A DNA stretch of 57,304 nt, taken from assembly GCA_002633005.1 (NCBI GenBank), contig NMRA01000278.1:1-57304 (forward strand), in the 5' to 3' direction. Both the position numbers and the translations under genes were made by a program. The stretch is from Phoronis australis (lineage: Eukaryota; Animalia; Phoronida). Shown here one piece after another: positions 25,801-37,800 of the stretch (positions are counted from its first letter, which is position 1; each line of letters begins with the position of its first letter). The notes under the pieces were generated by a model that was not told the origin of the DNA, did no database searches, and saw only the letters and a program-made list of their open reading frames with translations.

Positions 25801-28800
25801 AGTAGCAACAGATAAATAACAAATTCATGAGTAATTGTCATTTTTCATACCTGGCTGGTCTGAAAATATTTTCAATTCTAAAAATCAAGCGTGTTACCAA
25901 AATGCGAAAAACTGCGTGTAAAAGAAACATCAAACGTGAATGAAACTGAAAGGTGTAAATGACTACTTAAGCTACCAGGGAAATGATGTCACTAATTCAA
26001 AGGAGTTATTCTCCACAGTGTATAAAGGTAAAGGTTTTTGAATATGGATCACTTGTTGTGGACGATTTAGGAAGGCATTCATCCAAAGTATACATCTTTA
26101 TACATGTATATTATAATTAATTGGACCTTTGATGTCGTCTGATACACATACATTCTTTACAAAAAAATCCGAATTATTAGACATTTACTCAAAACACAGG
26201 TCTTGTAGCCACTGCACGGCTTATAAAACAGGAGTCAAAACAAAACAACTGTCGTACACTCAGGCGTCAAATGGCCAATCAAACGACCTAGAGGTCCTAA
26301 AACTGGTTATGACACTCACGGAGCTGGCGGTGGGGATAATGATTACCAAACTAGAACAAGACTTCGGAAAAAAGAGAAGTCAGACAGATGATCGTTGAAG
26401 CCGTCAACACCAGCTATAAGACAGATCTGAATGGCTAACAAAATCTCCAGCTGGTGACTAGAAAATAAAAGTCTGACAGTATCCAAAGCGACACGACGCG
26501 TCTTCGCCAGGGCTAGACTACTGCATATCAACATCAATGGGGCGAGAGGTAAACGGAAAACTCTAATAGGGTATCTTGCCCATGAAGAACCAGACGGCCA
26601 TGTAGTATCCATGAACGAAACCTGACACCATCAAATTCACTATACCTTGACACAGGTCTGTCCGGAGTGGTCGCGCGGGCGGTGGAGTGGGTATTCGATG
26701 CAGGCAATAAGTTCATTTCACTCCCATCGATACAAATATGCTAAAAGCGGAAGTAATGGCTGTTGAATGCTGCATGAACTGAAAATAAACTACTGCAGTC
26801 GTGTCAATCTACAACCTTCCGGGGACCATAGCAGGTAAGTGCCTATTCAGGCACCTCACGAACACATGCATGTAGACAATGCATGTATACAGGCCATTTA
26901 AACTTTAATCCTCTGTTCTTCAGAAACAGAAAAAAGTGATATAAACTACACCCAAAAAGATTTAGCTAATTTTTTCGAAGTACCACACTAAACACATTCA
27001 CAGTTCCTTATAACACGCTCGAAAGGCATTCCTCTGCTGCTCTTCAATTGTATTGCTATCATTCTGATGACAATTACAATAACGTTGTGTCAGTGGCCCT
27101 GATCAATACATTGCAATTTGAGTAGTGTAAGAGGAAGGCAAGATATGTTTCGGCCTCTGCATGGCAAATTTTTAGATACGGTGCATCATCAGCTGTCATG
27201 GTATCACTGTAAGAAATGCGAGACAGCAGTTGTTTTCCGCACATGTAGGTCTTCCTGCAAAATAGTTTGCCGTGATTGACATTTTTGAGGTTATTGGCTG
27301 GCTCAACTCGGAACGTATTTGTTTATTACTGGGCATTTAGTGATCAGTTTTGAGACATAAGGAATTGTTTCTTGTGGTACCTCGAAGGTATGACTTACCT
27401 CATTTTGGGGGTTCCTTTTTGGCTTCAGCCGGGCCCATTCCAGAGTGCAATTTGTCTGCCATGGGTCATTCGGTTTTTCAGTGGAGCACAATTTTCCGTA
27501 TTAAATCAGCTTTGCCCGTTGCCCTGACTATCTAATCTAGCTCAATTTGGCGTCCAAGTATGGTCCAAAGGGGTCACTCCCAGAGTGCTGTTAAAGACAG
27601 TCGTCGATTTTTGTTGATACTGAGGTAGAAGCTCTAAGAGCTCCTGTGGTCAGTTGTTGGAACTAAGTTCATCAGTGTTACACTAATTGCTCTGAACTGC
27701 CGGTTTAGTACAGCCTGTCATTCAGGCTAGTAGCGCTCCAGGTGTTCTACGGGTGTAGAATTGCTGATCAGCTGTTCATGTACGATGCAAAGACTTCAAC
27801 CGATGCTAGAGTGCAGAATCTCTAGAATCGCAAGTTAGCTCATCAGAGTAGCCAGTAATTCCGTGTAAGCAGCGCTGATTAGCTATTAATCAGTGCACGC
27901 ATATAGTCGGTCAAACACATACAGTAGGCGTCATTTTATAAATAATGGGGAAGATTTCTTGTAACCCCAACTGTGTGTAAGCAGAATACATGTACCTATC
28001 GGTGTGATGTTAAGAGGAGTCCTAATATTTCCCTTCAAACACTGTTGGTAGCATCCATGTCGGTAATTCTAATGTAATAAGCCAATACTGCGCCGTTCCA
28101 CCACAAATTAATAATTTCTGCGTTGAAAGGTTTACACTCTGGTGCAAATAATGTGCATTAGCCTAAGCATGTTCTTCAAAACCGTAACAAAAAACTTTCA
28201 TAGAAATAATGCATTATATATATTGCATGATTTTGCTCGCCTCTTGCAGCTGTTTTCTCACTCATTATTAATGTCTGCGTTTAAACGGTGATACTTAAGC
28301 GTGCCTAATGTCCATGAACTTAGGTATGTTGATCAAAAGGTTTTGTGACAAAAACTTTCATAGAAATAATGCAAGATATAGGTTACATGATTGTTCTTGC
28401 CTCCTGCAGCTGTTTCTTCACTCATTAATAATGTCTGCCTTTAAAAGGTGATACTTTGGCGTGCCTAATGTTCATGAACTTAGGCATGTTGATCAAAAGG
28501 TTTTGTGACAAAAACTTTTGTAGAAATAATGCAATATATAGGTTACATGTTTGTTCTTGCCTCCTGCAGCTGTTTCTCAACTCATTAATAATATCTGCGT
28601 TTAAAATGTCACACTTTGGTGTGCCTAATGTGCCTAGCCATGTTTTAAAACGGTAACAACAACTGTCATAGAAAAAATACGCTATATTTGCCACATGTTT
28701 GTGCTTACCTCTTACATGTACATGTGAGGCAATGGAGATTAGGATGGTTATGAAAAATTAAGTAAAAACATTTATAACAGATGACAGGCATTTCTAGTTT

Positions 28801-31800
28801 TTTTCGTCTTCTATAGATAATGTCTTACCTGATGACAGCGATTTCAAAATTGAAATACAACAATACTAAAAAGTGATCACAGATCGTAAGTGCGCCGTGT
28901 AAAGCAATACGTAATGTCACCATCAGCATGCAGTGTTTTTTTTTTCTTGTGGCGATACTGCTCGAGTTAGTCTGCTTTTCAGACCTAGGATCTCAGGATT
29001 AGGGTTAGGGTTAGGCTTAGTAATTGGTATTCAGATAATTAAAACAAAGAAATTGATTCCCGACATGGATGGACAATACAGATTAGGTATGTCAGGAGAG
29101 CACTGGGGCGGTGAAACGTAAGGCCGGGGAAACATCTGTAGGATACAGCATAGAGTCATTAGGAGGAACATAGGAACGGGAACATAGTTTCATCAGAAAA
29201 CAAGTCCAGGGAATATAGGGACAAGAGGACACAAGTTAGGAACACAGGGATCAGGAATATAGTGATTGGGAACAGAGGTACAGACCTCACTGTTTGTGGC
29301 AGATGAATGTATACAGTGACTGGGAACAGGATGGTAGATGGAAGATCAATCCAAGAATAATATTTATGCTATCTGCTTCAAACTAGACGTTTGCATGAAT
29401 GCGTTGATGCATAAATGTACGACAGATGTGAAAGAACAATTTCTAACAAGGGCTACACAAAACAGCATTAAAATACATTATATTCAATAGCCACTCGTCC
29501 TCCAAGACAGGGGAAACACTTTGAAGCATTTAACAGCAGTAAGTGTTCCGTATTTCTTTGGTATTTAGCTGAACCATGGCAGTCCAGTATTTTGATAATA
29601 TTTTTTTGCGAAATTGCAACAACTAGTCGTACATGTAAGTTTATTTCACATCTGTGGTCGATTGGGCAATACTACATGCATGTACGTCAAAACATGACAA
29701 GGTGATCTGTTCACAATTGAGATAACAATTGTTCTACAAATGGAGTATAACCACGTAAAAGTAGTGATCTATTCGTAGCTTATCCTCATAACCTTCATGT
29801 ACATGTACGCCACAAACACCCTACAACAACAGGATTTAATATTGGATCACTACAGGAAATCCTACAGGATCCAATAGAATCCAATTGGGTTTTGGTCCAC
29901 CAGCCAGTAGTATTCCAATGGGATCCTATAGGATTCCTATAGGCTGATGGGCCAAGATCCAAATGTATTCTATAGGATTTCTATGGGATCCTATATGAAG
30001 CCTATACGAAATCCTAAATGATTTCCTATTGACAATCCGGTACATTTTGAGTCAAATCCATGGGGTCAATAGAATTTGATCGGCAATTGGTTCAACCACC
30101 ACGAATTTGGACGCTCTCACTAATGCATCAATTAAGTACAACCTGATTGAAAAAGTCTTAAATTCATCAGAAATGTGCAGTTAATGACCCCAAAGTTACA
30201 CCCAATCACCCCCAAAGTTTGTTTCTTTATGTATGGTAATCATATGCATGATTTTGAAAGGTCTAGCTCAAAAATCACTTTTGCACTTAATAACCTTTGA
30301 CCCGGAAACTCGTTTCCCTTGGTCCGATTGTAAATCCGTGTACATGTAAATGTCTGATGCACCTCCTTGCTTTCTACTTGTTAACCAAATGCGAAGAGTC
30401 CACCTAAAAAACTGTTTAAGAAGATGCATTTTGACAAAATGGACTCCTTGACCCGTTTCAGGTCATCCTAGTGCATTTAGGGTCGAAAAAAATATTATCA
30501 ATATAAATCACTTAACTATCATATCAATAACAATGAATATTATTGTTCTAAACGAATGAACGTAAGAGTAATACAAGCAAGGAAGAAGAAGAATAAGAAA
30601 AAAATGTAAGAATAAGAAGAGTGATAAAATAGTTAGAACGGCCAAACTCTGCGCTTGAACGCGCAGAGTAACTAGAGAGATTATTGTCACTGCTTGACAA
30701 TAATGGACTCTGCAGGTGCGTATTACTTGGATTGTTATGGGAAGTTATTGACAGCAACCCGTTTACCAATATGATTAGGATTTTTTTAAATTGTATAAGG
30801 AATTACATGTTAATATTTTGATGAGCTTTCCACTAATTGACCTCTTCCGGTGCATTATGAGCCCTGATGAGGAAATAATTCTAAAGTCAATTAAAAGTGT
30901 GCTTGATGCTAAGAATTACAGATGTTTTACTTTAAGCACTTCAGAATATTAGATGAATGAATTGGTCAAACCTTCAGAAGAAGAATGCACCTAATAACCC
31001 ATGGGTCCACCAAATGGCCTAAAAATTGAGAATTTAAACTCAATCGCATTTAGTAAACAGATATGCTGACTTTAAAGAAGGCACCTGCACCCAATTTGGA
31101 GTGATTAAGCCTCAAAGTTGGTCGGAAGAAGAATAAGAATAAGAATAAGAACTAGAAAGATTATTGTCACGGCGTGACAATAATGGACTCTGCACGTGTG
31201 TATTAAACGAATTGTGATGGGAAGTTACTGACAGCAACCCGTTAACCAATTTGAAAAGGAATTCTTTAAAATTGTAGGAAGAACACCGTGCTAATATTTT
31301 GATGACCTTTCCATTAATTGACCTCTTTCTGTGTATTATGAGCCCGGATGAGCGAATAATTGTAAACTCGATTAGAACTGTGGTTAATGCTAAGAATCAC
31401 AGATGTTTTACTTAAGCATTTTAGAATACAACTTCAATTGGTCAAACTTTCAGAACAGATATGCACCTAATGACCCCATGGGTGCCCCAAATGACCTGAA
31501 AATTTAGAAATCAAATTCAATCACATTTTAAACAGATATGTAAATTTGAAAGCTCTAGCTCAGAATTTTAGTTTTCACTCAATGACCTTAGACCTATTTT
31601 TTCTGATTGGTTAGGCCTATTGCATAGTAAAGTAGGACGTTCGATTGGCATGGTAACTTACACCAGTGTGCTGAACTTGAAAAAAATCCTTCAAAAATGT
31701 AGAGGATATAACATTTTGAACGTCAAAACGTCTGACGTTTCCTTTGCACTAATTGACCCTATCCGGTGCATTATCAGCGTCTTTAGGAGAATCATTGCAA

Positions 31801-34800
31801 AGCCCGTGATTATTGTGTTTAATGCTGAGAATCACAGTTGTCTGACGGCTGAAACATCACACTACTTTATGAATGAAAAGGACAATTTTTCAGACGAAAA
31901 GTGCACCTAATGGCCCCATGGTTGCACTAAATGACCTGCAACATCGTATTTTAAATTGAATTGAATGTACCAATCAGACTTGTGGATTAGAAGTGTCTAG
32001 CACAAAATTTTTGTTTGCACTCAATGACATTTGACCTATTTTTTCTGATTGGTTAGGCCTATTGCGTAGTAAATTAGGGTGTTCAATTGGCATGTTGACT
32101 TACCCCAGTGTGGTGAAATTGAAAAGAATTCCTTGAAAAACGTGAGATATAACATTTTGAACGTTAGATGACCTTTGCACTAATTGACCCAATCCGGTGC
32201 ATTATAAGCGTCTTTAGGAGAACTGTTGCAAAGCCCATGAAAAATGTGTTTAATGCTGAGAATCACAGTTGTCTAACAGTTGACACATCAGAATACTTGG
32301 TGAATGAAAAGGTCAAATTTTCAAAAGAAAAATGCACCTAATGACCCCATGTTTGCACTAAATGACCTGAAACATTTGATTCCAAATTGAATTTCGTGAG
32401 CCAATCAGACATGTGAATTTGAAGTGTCTAGCTCAAAATTTTAGTTTGCACGTAATGACCTTTGACCTATTTAACCTGATTGGATGACCCGTTTACTTAG
32501 AAAAGTAATTTCTTAAATTGCCTTATTGACTTATACCTGTATACCAAATTTGTAAAGAATAGTTTTTAAACTAAAGAATTAGTAGCATTTTGAAAATTAT
32601 AAGACCTTTGCACCAAATGACCTCTTCTGGTGCAATATGGAATATGATTGTATAACGAATCAAAATTTATGCACTGTCAAAACTGATATGCTGAATTTGA
32701 AGAACACAGCTTCTCCCAATTTGGAGTTATTAAGCCTCAAATTTGGTCGCATGCACGCGCAGAGTAATAAGAAGAATAAAATTGAAGAAAAACCAGGAGC
32801 AACAGTACTCTGTGTAACAACGCCGTCAGGCATCTTTCGGTGTTAATCTCTCGTTCGACAAAAACGCTATCACTACGTCTGGGTGTTGCAGCGAACATTT
32901 TATTCTTACTTTTTTTGTGAGACCCAGATGTCCAGCGTGCTATCCTGAGTTCCCGCTTTTCAATCCAGTAGTTCTTGCATGGTTACCGTGACAACAATGC
33001 AGCTGGTGTCAGTTTTTATGAATAGTAACATGACAATCGTAACATGTGTTCCAACGTCTCTTGTTCAGTTCACGGTAACTTACACTACATACTAACTTTT
33101 ACTTTCTGAAGAAAAGTGTATATTTTTTTAACTTACATATATGTGGAAAGTCCTGCAATGCAACCAATGTGATGAGCTATCTACGATACGTTTCAAAGCA
33201 GGTACAGCACAGATAATTTCTTATTTTTTCTATTAGAAAACTGCATATTTCGGAAAGAAAATTGCAGTAGTTTGTAGCAAGTTTCGTAAATGTCAGTTCA
33301 TTTTGAAATTGTACTGTAATAATGTAATTGTGTCAAATGGCGCACCACAGCTTTATTTACTTAAAATACACTGTATATAGTGATGGAGAACTTTGGATTA
33401 ACGTTATCCACAGTAAGTGTGAAGCATCCTTTCTAAAAAAAGTTTTTTTCGTTATCTTGTACAATAAACAAATCTTTTGAATCACTGAAATTGTTCCCCT
33501 AATAGGTTAACTAGTCCTAAAACCTCCCGTCATTTCCTTTTTACGTTACTTAAAACGCTGTCATTTTTCGCATTTTGGTAAAACTTGGTTTTTAAAAAAA
33601 ATCAGCCAGTCAGGTATGCGAAACTACAATTACTTATGAATTAAATTGTTTATCTCTTAATTGTAGTATTATCAACAAGAACTGAAAAAGGTTTGTGATG
33701 ATATGGCTTTTATGTAATTCCGTTGAAAACTTCGGAATCGCAACATATTTAATAACAGCAAATTCCATATCAAGTACGCATACTGGAACAAACGAATGGA
33801 AACAACTCTCACACATGCGCAGCGCAACCTCGGAAGCCGCGAGATAGGAGCTGGTATTCCAGGCCTAGATTTCTATGGTGTAATCTCAAAATTTGGGCCG
33901 CGTGAATGATTCGCAGAAAAACAGGGTCTGATATGGAGTGACATCATCCATAGAACATTTTTCTGACACCCCACAGCCTCAATAAGTAGTTTCTATTAGA
34001 TATCCAATTCACAATTTGGGTCATGTTGTCAGTTTGATATCCAATACTCAGATGGAAGGTGTGCAATCATCTTCAGGTAGTTCATTTGCACTTTATTCAA
34101 ACATACCCGCACAGAAATATACACACGCACACACTTAACTAGCCAATTATGAGTTAAGTAAAGTTAAGTAAACACGCCTGTTTTAAAGGCCTAAACTTTT
34201 CATTTGCGCAAAATGCACCATTCCGTGAAATATTGTAACGCGATTTTAACACCCATAAATGTCCTGTTCAAAAACTGGGATGAAGTAGGATAGATTTTAA
34301 AAAAAATGTTCTACGACTGGAGCTGAAATGGTATAAGACGCACAAAACTCCTGGCATCCGACCATTGTCACAGCTCAATGCTTAATAAAGGAGAATGCCA
34401 CTCCATTTATTTACTCTTTTCACCGTCTTAATCGGTCTATGTCCACATCATATCGTATACGGTTGATATTATCTCGCCGAGAGATGTCACGTTAATCTGT
34501 GAGGAAGGTGGGTAAACGTCGCAGCGATGTCAGTGGTTCTTCTGCAGTGCAAGTGGTGCTATGGTGTGGTGTATCGTTCCCGCTTGTGCAAACTACATTG
34601 ATGAAAGCAGGTATATCGTTTTTCCGGTTTCCTCAAGAACCTGAATTGCTTCGGAAGTGGCTCGCGGAAATGAAGTATGTAAAGTGCGCCGTAGATACCT
34701 AGTATGAGGCCGTGAAATTTCTTCGTGTCTGTGGCCGACATTTTGTTGACAGTGATTCCAATGACGAATGCCGGTTTACCAAGCAGCTCATGCCAGGGCA

Positions 34801-37800
34801 GAAAAACAGACTGATGAGCTTCTGTCTAAATCGGCATTGCAGGTTTCCATGTTGACGTTTATTATTATGCGTTCTGTTTCAAAATGATTTATTTTCACTC
34901 TAACCAATGCTTATATAAAATTGAAACAATGTGTCAAAGGCTGTCGCATTAGACGCAATTTGTAATGCCTTTGGATTGTTGGTGAGTTCAAATGTTTTGA
35001 AAAGTCAGCGTTACCGGCTTTAGATGCAATACAGCTAATTGACCGAGCACCGAAGTCGTACGCGGTGAGTGCATGCTAATTCAGTGATTGCTGACAGAAA
35101 CCTGTTGTGAAACAAGAGCTCGATATTATGTGCTATGGTCAGATATTAGGGGAATCTTTATTTAGCTATACATATACATTATTCGAATCATTGTTTCTGT
35201 ACAACTTTCCCCTGACGGTTCTGTGGAAGGGGAACCTGACTAAGCGGCCCCCGACGAGTAAGTTGATTTGAAGTTTCGGGGAAAATTTACCAAAATATTC
35301 CCGTGCACATTGTTTATTGGCTCACTAGTATTGCCTTTTCGTGACTGGAAATTTAGTTTCCAACTTTGGCTGGTTTATGTTCGTGATCTCTTCAGTCCGG
35401 ACGCGACAGTACGTTCAATAACAATTTACCTATAAATCCGTAACAGCGAAATTTAACAATACCGGTACGTTCGTTTAAGAAAACGGTGTGTTTTTAAGGG
35501 TTTTGCATCCAAATTTTGGTGATTTATTGGTGTAAAAGGCTGAATTCTAGCGATAAGCTGACAACAGTAAGCGTGCTGCGAACTGCTGAACAGACTGCGT
35601 TCGGATCGGTGACGTCATTGGTTAATTTCAACACTCTGTCTGCAGTCAGCTGTCAGGTAAAAAATCTGAAGTTGCGGTTGTGGAGTGCAACTACTCGTTA
35701 TAATTTGATACAAAATGGGTTGCTTTTGGGTTGGCGTTGTCCTTTAAGAATGACCAGTGTAATCGGCGAGTTTTTACTGAATTTGTAGAAAAATCGCTTC
35801 ATGAATAGGACCGCACCCTAAGAGGTTTTCCTTGAAAAACAATAGAAACACAAGGAACCGGAAGCAATGAAATTAGGCTTGATTTGATAACTACAATTCT
35901 CCATCAAAACTCAGTTTAGCAGGCAGCCGAAATCTCATTGAGAACATTGATGCGGGGTTACAAGCTCTAATAATAGAATGCACAGGTCGCGTGCGGGAGT
36001 TGGCATATTAGAACTCTATGAGTAGGCGTAAGACATTCGCGAAAGAAACTGGCTGAGTTACATGCATAAGCGTTTAATTCCTAAGCATCTTTCATTCATT
36101 CAGTAGACTGTTCACGTGACGGATCACATCCTATGTATGTATTTGCATGTTAAGTTGTAATTTTTTTAGTGTAAGAAACACTTTTAAATGTAACGATGTA
36201 TTAAGAATTCATCTATTTTCACATTCGATGACATCAGTGCTTCAGTCCACGACTCAAAACTCTGGCGAAGCGGGATCAAACCCGCCAACATGTTATTTAA
36301 CGCGCGTCGAATAACTTAATGTGTTATTTAACTCTTGTATTGCTCATGCCAAGGTAAAAGTGTGGTGTAAATGGAAATATACTGCGAAGACTTGCGTGAT
36401 TTTAATTTTTAGTGAATGTCTTGTGTCTAAGAGAAGATTCCGTGGTCATCACCATGAGAACGCGAGCCGGGTCGCAATGGCTAGTCTGACGGATGGCTAA
36501 CTTTCCTCCACATAGAAAGTTCTTTAACAAAAGGAATTTAATGATCAATTACCGTTTATTAATTTCACCATTATAATCTACTGTATTTAAAAATGCGGTT
36601 GTAAATAAACAGTTAAACCTGAAGATATGGGCGTGGAGGGCACTAGCGCGACAAATCGTTACACTTATTACGACCTCTTACATGTTTTTTGCCCCTCACT
36701 AGAGGTGTACAAAGCTGTTGATCTAGTACTTTTATTCACGATTCTTGCCAATGCTTCTATGTTTTGTTGTTTCAAACATTCTTGGGTGATTCAGCCACAT
36801 GTTGTTATGATACCGTCGTGCACAAGAGAATACCTGCATGTACATGTACCAAGTCATGAACAGTTGAGTTATGATTTTAACTTATTGATCTCACCTCTTG
36901 CAAATTAGCTGTCGATAACGGATATGCATATTTCCCTTGGTTTTGCCATTGGATAACGCGCTGCCTGATATTTTGTGTTTTCTCCGACTTATCCAAGATT
37001 TTGCCTAAATCAATGTGAAATGTTCATGTATTCCGCTTACAACAGCTGAAAAACCCACCGTAGAAAACTCACTGGTACAAGTATGGTACATTTGAAAAGA
37101 ACCCCCTCCGCAAAACTGGCTTTTCACGAGTGCAATTTCTGCAAAACTTACTACGGTGAGCATGGTTTTCGCCGGGATAAAGCAGTCTGCAATCTCTTGT
37201 ATGACTTTCATGTCCTGGTGAGATTGTTTCACAAAGTTTGACATTCACTCCAACCAACTACATGCATTTCTGAAAAAAGGACTTGAGAGCTCTCATCAAC
37301 AATGTGCAAAGTCTCAGAGAATATGCACGCACGTGTATCTGCTAGTTTATTATACTGTACCATTCTTATTAATTACTGCGAGGCGTGAGGCTAGTTTTCT
37401 GCGAGTATGGCAAGACCGCACAAGTCTACAGTCTTCGCAAGATATGACAATGCACTAGAAATGAAACACATGAGCTAACTAGGTCTCACACCTTTCGAAA
37501 CAGTACAGAGATCTGTTGTGTGATATTGAAAGATGTACATGTATATGTGTCTTACGAATCATCAAAGTGTCAGACCTTTCTAGGATAGAAGGAAACGTTG
37601 TTATGAACCATCCTCTTCTTAAAGTAGAAGAATTCAATAGACAACAGGAGGCGATGTTAAGTATCTTAGGCATTATTATACCAGAAGACAAGTTTTTATC
37701 ATTGTCATCAAACCTATATGATCACATCCTTACATTTAGAATTATCTTGATATTCCCAAGTCATTAGTATTAACTAAACCAACGTCCAAAATTAACGTTT

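Noticed and set aside
28998-29020. Telomeric repeat
   Set aside because: Only 2-3 TTAGGG units, embedded in a dispersed repeat.
36130-36330. Minus-strand B-box-like motif (GGTTTGATCCC) with (acat)n tail
   Set aside because: Could be an old SINE, but there is no clear A-box or second copy in the window.
36990-37770. Short Cys/His-containing ORFs as retroelement gag or LINE pieces
   Set aside because: The motifs are too degenerate to assign.
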